Shown here in pieces: positions 56,818 through 64,000 of a stretch of 64,000 bases of DNA. The translations under genes were made by a program, and so were the position numbers. The notes under the pieces were generated by a model, which saw only the letters and a list, made by a program, of their open reading frames with translations, was not told the DNA's origin and searched no databases. The stretch's first letter is position 1; the number at the start of each line of letters is the position of its first letter. Source of the DNA: Gordius albopunctatus (Eukaryota); the NCBI GenBank assembly GCA_964276515.1, contig OZ193909.1, positions 15,934,001-15,998,000 on the forward strand, written 5' to 3'.

Positions 56818-57811
56818 TTAAGCTAGTATATCCATGATGCGATTTTTGCGAAGAAAGTTTTTGAAGTGCCTTATGATGAGGACATTTCTCATGTATTTTC
56901 GACTCTTATCGTTAGTGTCATTCATTTTTACAATTTTAATGCCTTCGTTTTCGACTGATTCATTATCCATTGTGAGCAAGACTTTCAGATTGCATATAAC
57001 ATTATTGATGCCGAAAGTGAGTTGGTGCAAGTTTTGGTGAATTGATTTGCCTTCTATCTTTTCGTTGATGATGTAATTCAAAAGGCTATTATAGATCGAC
57101 AATTTTTCCACGACATACCTTAGGTATTTAGCTTTCTGTAATTGATAGATTAAGTATAATCATAGTATGAGAAAGAGTTATGTTGTATAATAATACTTAA
57201 GGTTTTTACCGGTGTAGACTCTTCCGTAAATAAAGCATCGAGCGGTTTCTTTATGATCAAATCTAAGTCATTGTAATTTATGATATCGAGCATTGTGTCC
57301 TCCATCGATAAAACCTCCATCTTTAGTATAATGATATATTATAATTACTGACTGATATATGAAAATTACCATCACGTCGTACACTTCCTTGATCTGTAGT
57401 TTCATTTCATTAAGCCTTGTTTCCGTCGATTCAATCATCTCTTTTTTAAGTTTGACTTGCTTTTGGAAGGGCATGGATTCAAAATCAAAATTTTCGAGAT
57501 ACTTGCAAGTCGCCGATCTTTTGACTCTTCTAGACGAAGTCTTTTCGTCCACTTTGGCTAGAGCTTTATCGTTCTCATCATATAGATCATAAGATAGAGA
57601 GATTGGTTTAGATTTTGAGCTTTTCACTTTATCCGAGCCAAATATATTGGGAGCACCAATAGTTACAGCAGCATAGATGATCCATATGAAAGGAATTATT
57701 GCTATGAATATTTTGAAAATATGTTTTTGTTAAAAATAAAGCCATTAAAAATAATGTAATATAAAATAGCTAAAGCATAGCTATCAAGTAGAGTAATGGC
57801 TTACAATGCAT
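56818..57811 (-). CDS. Secreted pro-protein, 255 aa, putative helical cytokine (copy B, inverted paralog of copy A)
   Basis: Exons 57811-57805, 57701-57370, 57320-57210 and 57135-56818; first donor GTAAG; about six amino-acid differences from copy A. Confidence 0.75.
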
Positions 57812-58867
57812 TTTAGTAATCATAATCGATATAGATAAGATTTTGAAAGGTGTTGTTTACAAATAATTATAAAAAGGTGCACGTTAAGGCCCTTTTATTT
57901 ATTTTAACTTATGCTGTGACTATGACGTGGAAGTATTAATTAACAAACCTATTCAGGGAAATTCGATTAATTACACGCAGCACCTACCCGTCCCACCTCT
58001 AGGTTGGTATTGGACAGCCTTATTTGTAGTAATATAATATCAATCTGCTCTTTAACGATAATCCACTCTATTAATAATCAATCTTATGTTATTTCAGCTT
58101 ATACCTGTAATCTAATGATTTCTTAAAAAGACCTCCCTCACGAAGAATCATCCTAACTTAAAGTCTGGACTTCCTGCTGATAGATATACGTAAGTTGTCT
58201 TCGCGCTCACTCATTTTATTATTTTTCTTCTATAATCTATTTTCTATCGCATTATATGTTTTAATTATGCGAATGTACACAATTTTTCTTCGCTAATTAT
58301 TCACCTTAATTCCTTGAATCGCACCTGCAAATCCTCGATTGACGACATCGGGAAAATTTATACAGAAAGAGAATAACAAAATTGTTTTTGTATAATGTAA
58401 ACATTGATTAAAATTTAATAACGCGATATAATTACATCACACAAAATTTATATCACCCTTTAAAAACTGGAACGGTACCAAAATTAAGGCTAAATCAGTT
58501 GTGAAATTTGAGCGCTTGAATATTATTGACAAGATGCTTAAATTCGATTTAATTCAAGCCCCCCAAAATTTCCCTTAACTAATTAATAATAATTAATGCC
58601 TTAGACATTTGGATCACCTTATAATATGAATTATTCATTTAATATTTAAAATATATAAGTGAAAAAAATTGCAAGGTGTAAAGCAGTGGCGTAGCTAGCA
58701 TTTTTCCCTTGTGCTGGCCGAACTTAAATTTTAAACCAGTGGGACGGTGTCCATAGCGATTAAAAAAAATTCCAAGTCATTTTTCAAACTTTATAATCTG
58801 CCATTCCTAATTTCTTTTCCAAAATCCACTTGGCCTTGTACCTTTCTGAGTCCATATCAATATTAGG

Positions 58868-59400
58868 CTCCCCGAAAACCCATTTTTGTTGTTTAATAAT
58901 TATGATTTGATGGTCCAGAGTTTGACCGATGCCTTTCTTGTTGTTTATGGTTTTAACGTTTACCATATCCTTTGAGTACTTACCCTGGTTTTTGTGATTT
59001 TGTAGATCATTTTTTCCTTCTTTACTAGTTAACTTGGCGTTCAAATTCTCGTAGACATTTGTTTTTGCCTTGAATACACAACGTATTGCCTCATTTTTAG
59101 CTTTCACATATGCCAATCTTTTTTTTTTTAATTTCTGTTTCACATATGCCAATCTTGTTTTTTCATTTCTGTTTCCTGACCGTAATTTATAAAGCTTTCT
59201 CTTCAACTTGACTAGGCATCGCACGTCTTCGTTCCATCACCATGTCTCCTTATCTTTTTGTATACATGGTTTGCCTTCTCCTACAATACATCTCGCTACT
59301 GATCTTACCTGTTGGCTATATTATTCCACTTATCGTTAGCATTCTGCTGATCATCTGTTCCATCCGTTTGATTATTTGATCATTGTAAACATCTTGCAAA
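58868..59400 (-). pseudogene. Second copy and upstream continuation of the old RTE fragment
   Basis: 58868-59265 repeats ~52980-53360 in direct orientation, then continues into KDKETW*WNEDV. Confidence 0.8.
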
Positions 59401-60099
59401 TTTGGTACCCGGAACCATTTAAATAGTTTTGCTTTTTAACTTACGAATTTTTCATTATAAATAAAATATAACTTATTCCAGGAAATTTTGGCGTAAAGGA
59501 AACAACGGGTGACCGGCTGTAATAATATAACCTAGCGGGCTCAGGCCGTGCGTAAAAAAAGTTTTTTGTGACTTTGAACAAAGACGCTTTTATGATGTTT
59601 TATATTAATTAACAATTAAAAGTTATTAATTTAACAGTGAAAATAAAATTATATTGTTCTGGTTACTCATTCATTCGTCAATATCTCAACGTGCGTGTTA
59701 TATTGATAAGTGTTAATTAGAGACTATATTTAAACGTGGTTCACTCCAATCATACTCTTTAAAAAACTATAGGCTTCAGTGTACGCTAATTTAATATTTA
59801 AATAAGTATAAATCTTTACATGATTATTATTCTATAACATATATATATATTGTTTATTCAATGAAAAAATTACAATCGAATATTAAAATATGCCAGATAT
59901 TTCTATACGGTCCTAGGATCGGGCTTTGTAAAAAATTAGATCACCGGGTGTATCATTTATAATTTTGGTTGGCTTGGACCCAGCCAATAATTTGTAACGG
60001 GCTGGATGATTAACCTAAAGAGGCTCGTTGCAGGTCTCTAATTTGGCCGTGTGTAAGTTGAATGTAAACGAATTAGGGAAGATCTAAAATTTGGAAACA

Positions 60100-61860
60100 T
60101 AATATTGATATGGACTCAAAAAGGTACGAGGCCAAGTGGATTTTGGAAAAGAAATTAGGAATGGCAGATTATAAAGTTTGAAAAATGACTTGGATTTTTT
60201 TTTTCATCGCTATTGACACTAGAGATCTGCAACGGGCCTTTTTTAGAAGGTCGGCCTGCCCGTACCCATTTTCAAAACTTCAAGGCCCGTCCGAGCCCGC
60301 CCGTAATTTTTTTAAACACTTCACCCCCGTCCGTAAATTTTTCAGGCCTGTTCGTACCCGTTTAAGATAACGTCAGGCCCGCGCAAGCCCGTTCCAATTT
60401 TTGTAATAGAACTCCGCGCCCGGCCCACTTCATCAAAAATTTCACAAAATTTCATTATATTTTTGACATATTCATAAAAAAACATCAATAATTATCATTT
60501 AAAAATAATAAATCATCAATTATTTCTGACATTAATACACCTAAAATATTTCAATATAGTACTACCATTAAATTACTTTAAAAAATTACATGAGAATACT
60601 CCACTTTCAACAATTTACTTTTATTTGATTAATTTAAGTTAATACACCTAAGAAGTTAGAAATCAGTATTACCATTTAAAATATTTTAATAAAATTATGG
60701 AAAAAATTTTTCAATGCAAAAACATTGAAAAATTAACAAAATTTATGTTTTGCCCCCCCCCCTCTAATTCAAAACCTGGGTAGGCCCATGAAATTACATG
60801 AGAATACTCAACTTTCAATAAGCAGTTTATAATGATTTGATTAATTTGTATAGGTTAATACACATTAGTTTTAGATTAGAACAAAAATATTTATTAAATT
60901 ATATGGCCTTAATAATAATATACCAGTAAAATTTGTGATTAAATTAAACACAAAAATTTTGGTGCATTGTGTGACTAAGTAAAACATACGAAGCTATAAT
61001 CTTAAAATATGTAAACGAAAATCTATAACAAATAGAATAAAAATGTTTTTAAGTCAAATTTAGGGCTTGAAAAAGGAATGAATGATACAGGATATACAAA
61101 AATTTGAGGTTAACAAAATTAAGCAATTAATAATGTATATATTTAATAAAAATTAATATTTAAATAATTGCCAGACTTTTAAGGGCTTTTGTAATTCCAT
61201 GACCGTTTATATAATCTCTGGCCCGTTCAATCCCATTTATAAAAATTCAGGCCCGTTCAAGCCCGTTAAAAAATCTCAGGCCCGTCCGAGCCCGTTTCAT
61301 TAATTTTTAAGCCCGACCGGGCCCGGCCCGTTAAAATCCTTAGGATACAAAGCCCGTCGGTACCCGTCCGTGGGCCGGACCTGCCCGTGCAGATCTCTAA
61401 ACGACACCGTCCCACTGGTTTAAAATTTAAGTTCGGCCGGCACAAGGGAAAAATGCTAGCTACGCCACTGCTTTACACCTTGCAATTTTTTTCACTTATA
61501 TATTTTAAATCTTAAATGAATAATTCATATTATAAGGTGATCCAAATGTCTAAGGCATTAATTATTATTAATTAGATGAGGCGGATTTTGGGGGGGGGGC
61601 TTGAATTAAATCTAATTTAAGCATCTTGTCAATAATATTCAAGCGCTCAAATTTCACAACTGATTTAGCCTTAATTATGGTACCGTTCCAGTTTTTAAAG
61701 GGTGATATAAATTTTGTATGATGTAATTATATCGCGTTATTAAATTTTAATCAATGTTTACATTATACAAAAACAAATTTTTTTATTCTCTTTCTGTATA
61801 AATTTTCCCGATGTCGTCAATCGAGGATTTGCAGGTGGGATTCAAGGAGTTAAGGTGATT
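60100..61860 (+). repeat. Inverted duplicate of the copy-B upstream region (58300-58866), interrupted by a hAT MITE
   Basis: Near-identical reverse complement at 60100-60219 and 61400-61860. Confidence 0.88.
60220..61399. mobile_element. hAT MITE with GCCCG subterminal repeats
   Basis: TIR TAGAGATCTGCA / TGCAGATCTCTA; flanks ATTGACAC/AACGACAC; the empty site ATGGACAC is present in the paralogous arm (~58747-58754, minus). Confidence 0.85.
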
Positions 61861-62210
61861 GTAAATACATTCCTCTCCCCTATATCTACGTATTAAATCT
61901 ATTAAATAAAATTTTTACCGACTAATTTGCAAGTTATTGACGTTTGAAAAACGCTAAAATCGCGTTTTTGGCAACTTTGACAGGGAATATTTAAAAAACT
62001 TGACGTATAGGTAAAAAAACTAAAAACATATTTGTGTTCACCGTGAAAAACTCTACCAGAATCTGCAAACAGTTTGCCGGTTAGTTTTTCTTGTTGAACC
62101 ATGTAATTTTTCGGGGCTATTAGTAGCCTTGACAAAATTTTGTATTTTACACATAAAATTTTTTGGCCCTATATTTTGGACTAATTTAAGTTTTATCTTA
62201 TAAAACGATA

Positions 62211-62580
62211 TCTATATATATAAAGTAAAGTGTATGTATATATGTATGTATGTAAGGGCTAAATTCTGAAACTACCGGCCCGATTCGCACGAAACTTTAC
62301 CCATAGGTTCCCAGGGCGGCCAGGGGTAAAATAGCCTTTTAAGAATCCTAAAATTCCTTTTAATTTAAAAAATATGGGCCTTTTAGTTTTAAAAAATGGC
62401 TTAATTCTAAAACTACCGGCCCGATTCGCGCGAAAAGTTAGCCGTAGATGCCCAGGGATGCCAGGGGTAAAATAGCTTTTTCAGATTCCAAAAATACCTT
62501 TTAGTTTTAAAAATATCGGACATTTCCCGGCCAGTTTAATTTATAACAGCACTAGCTGACCCGGCAAACGTTGTTTTGCT
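62211..62580. mobile_element. Helitron-like non-autonomous fragments
   Basis: A|TCTATATATATAAAG start, (TGTA)n and a ~140-bp tandem duplication on +; a separate 3' end ...GTTTGCCGGGTCAGCTAG|T on - at 62552. Confidence 0.6.
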
Positions 62581-64000
62581 ATATACATTATTTCTAGAAA
62601 ATACTATAGGTGGTGTGCATGCTCATCCTTATGCCTCGATCATATAATGAGCGAATAAAATATAATTGACCTATGGGAAATAATTCACGAACTTAATGTA
62701 GGAAGAATTAACACGCTAAATACAAAATATAAACACATAAAACAAAGTACTTAACATCTAATTTTTTATTGCTTTACTTTACACATTTTGTCTATATAAA
62801 TATACTGTCAAATAAATTAATACATGCCTAAAGAATCATTTAATTTGTAAATTGCCACAGGTTTGTTTTTTTAGTAAAGGTGCTAAAAACTTTTTTTGGT
62901 CCTACCGCAAAATCACGATTCTGGCAAATGGCCCTTTTCGGACTTCAATCAAAACCCCAACTCGCCCTGAAAATCTTTTTATTTTTGCGCCTGAACATAT
63001 TTTCGCGCGTCCAGCTTTTCACTTATTTGGGCAAACTACAATTTTGCTTACATCAGCTTAGAAACTTTAGGTATATCATTGGCCGCCAACCGAGCTTTAT
63101 TGCAATAGGGTCTCATTGTTATCATGTTTTGCTGATATATTGTGTAGTTTAAGTCAACAGGTACCATTATAGACGTAGCCCGATCCTCTTGTTTAATACA
63201 GATCATAGTTTAAATTTTTAATAGGTTACATCTTTTGTCCCTTATTTGGCATACAAATCAGTTAAAAAATAAATTCACAAGACACTCATTGAGACTTTTG
63301 ACTGTAAATGTGTATACTTTTAAACACATAGAACTTGCTCGGCGAAAGTAATAAAATCCTTAATTTTCATGTTTGTTATTGACTTATTAACATTTAGCCT
63401 AAATAAATTTAATGTCGTGAACCACGATACAAGCTAATAATTGCTTTTGAAGTTTGTTTAATTTTTTTAACTAATACTGAAAAAATAAACACGATTTTGT
63501 AATAAAACCATCAGTGTCCTTCATATATTAACGTTATATTGGTCACACAACTGCCGTTTATGTGAATGCGCGAAAAGAGAAGAGGTTAATTTTATATAAC
63601 TTTTATTAGCATACCATTTTCTACATATTATGTTATTGCTAGAATTATATGTTTTATTATTGTAAATCCAAAACCTTGTTGATAAAAACCATTTGATTTC
63701 ATTATATCAATTATTCTTTTGTCTACATATATCCCTACCCCTGGCCCTATTCTATAATACCATATTCATTATTAATATATTTATAAACCGATTCCAATAA
63801 ATTGGAAAAAACATTAAATCCATACAATTAAGACGTGGAGTCGGAGAATATATGCGAAAGTTCAAACATAAACTGTGACTTGGCCTTGACGCAAAACACC
63901 TAGAAGTCATGACTTTAGCCAGGTTTTAGATTAGGGGGGGGGGCCAAACGTTAAAAAGTTCAATTAGAGGGGGGGGGGGGGCAAAACATAAATTTTTTAA

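Overview
AT-rich invertebrate (animal) nuclear DNA with spliced genes and densely nested transposons; taxon not determinable from this window. Host genes reconstructed by hand: the 3' six exons of a GABA-transporter-like SLC6 gene (+), a complete KDEL receptor gene (+) tail-to-tail with a complete POLG2-like gene (-), both with 32-45 bp micro-introns, and an inverted pair of intact 4-exon genes for a 255-aa secreted protein. That protein has a signal peptide, a furin site, two Cys, a helical mature domain, 1-0-0 intron phases and conserved STAT/kB-like promoter motifs, so it resembles an Unpaired/IL-6-type helical cytokine (inference). A gutted third copy and a possible distant pseudogene relative are also present. 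Mobile DNA: two near-full-length RTE LINEs that each start with a 5'-truncated twister ribozyme, an older RTE relic, a young CsRN1-type Gypsy element, a probable solo LTR, Helentron-like (HINE/DINE-1-type) repeats, Helitron ends, hAT/P/Mutator-like MITEs and a perfect (GATA)103 tract.
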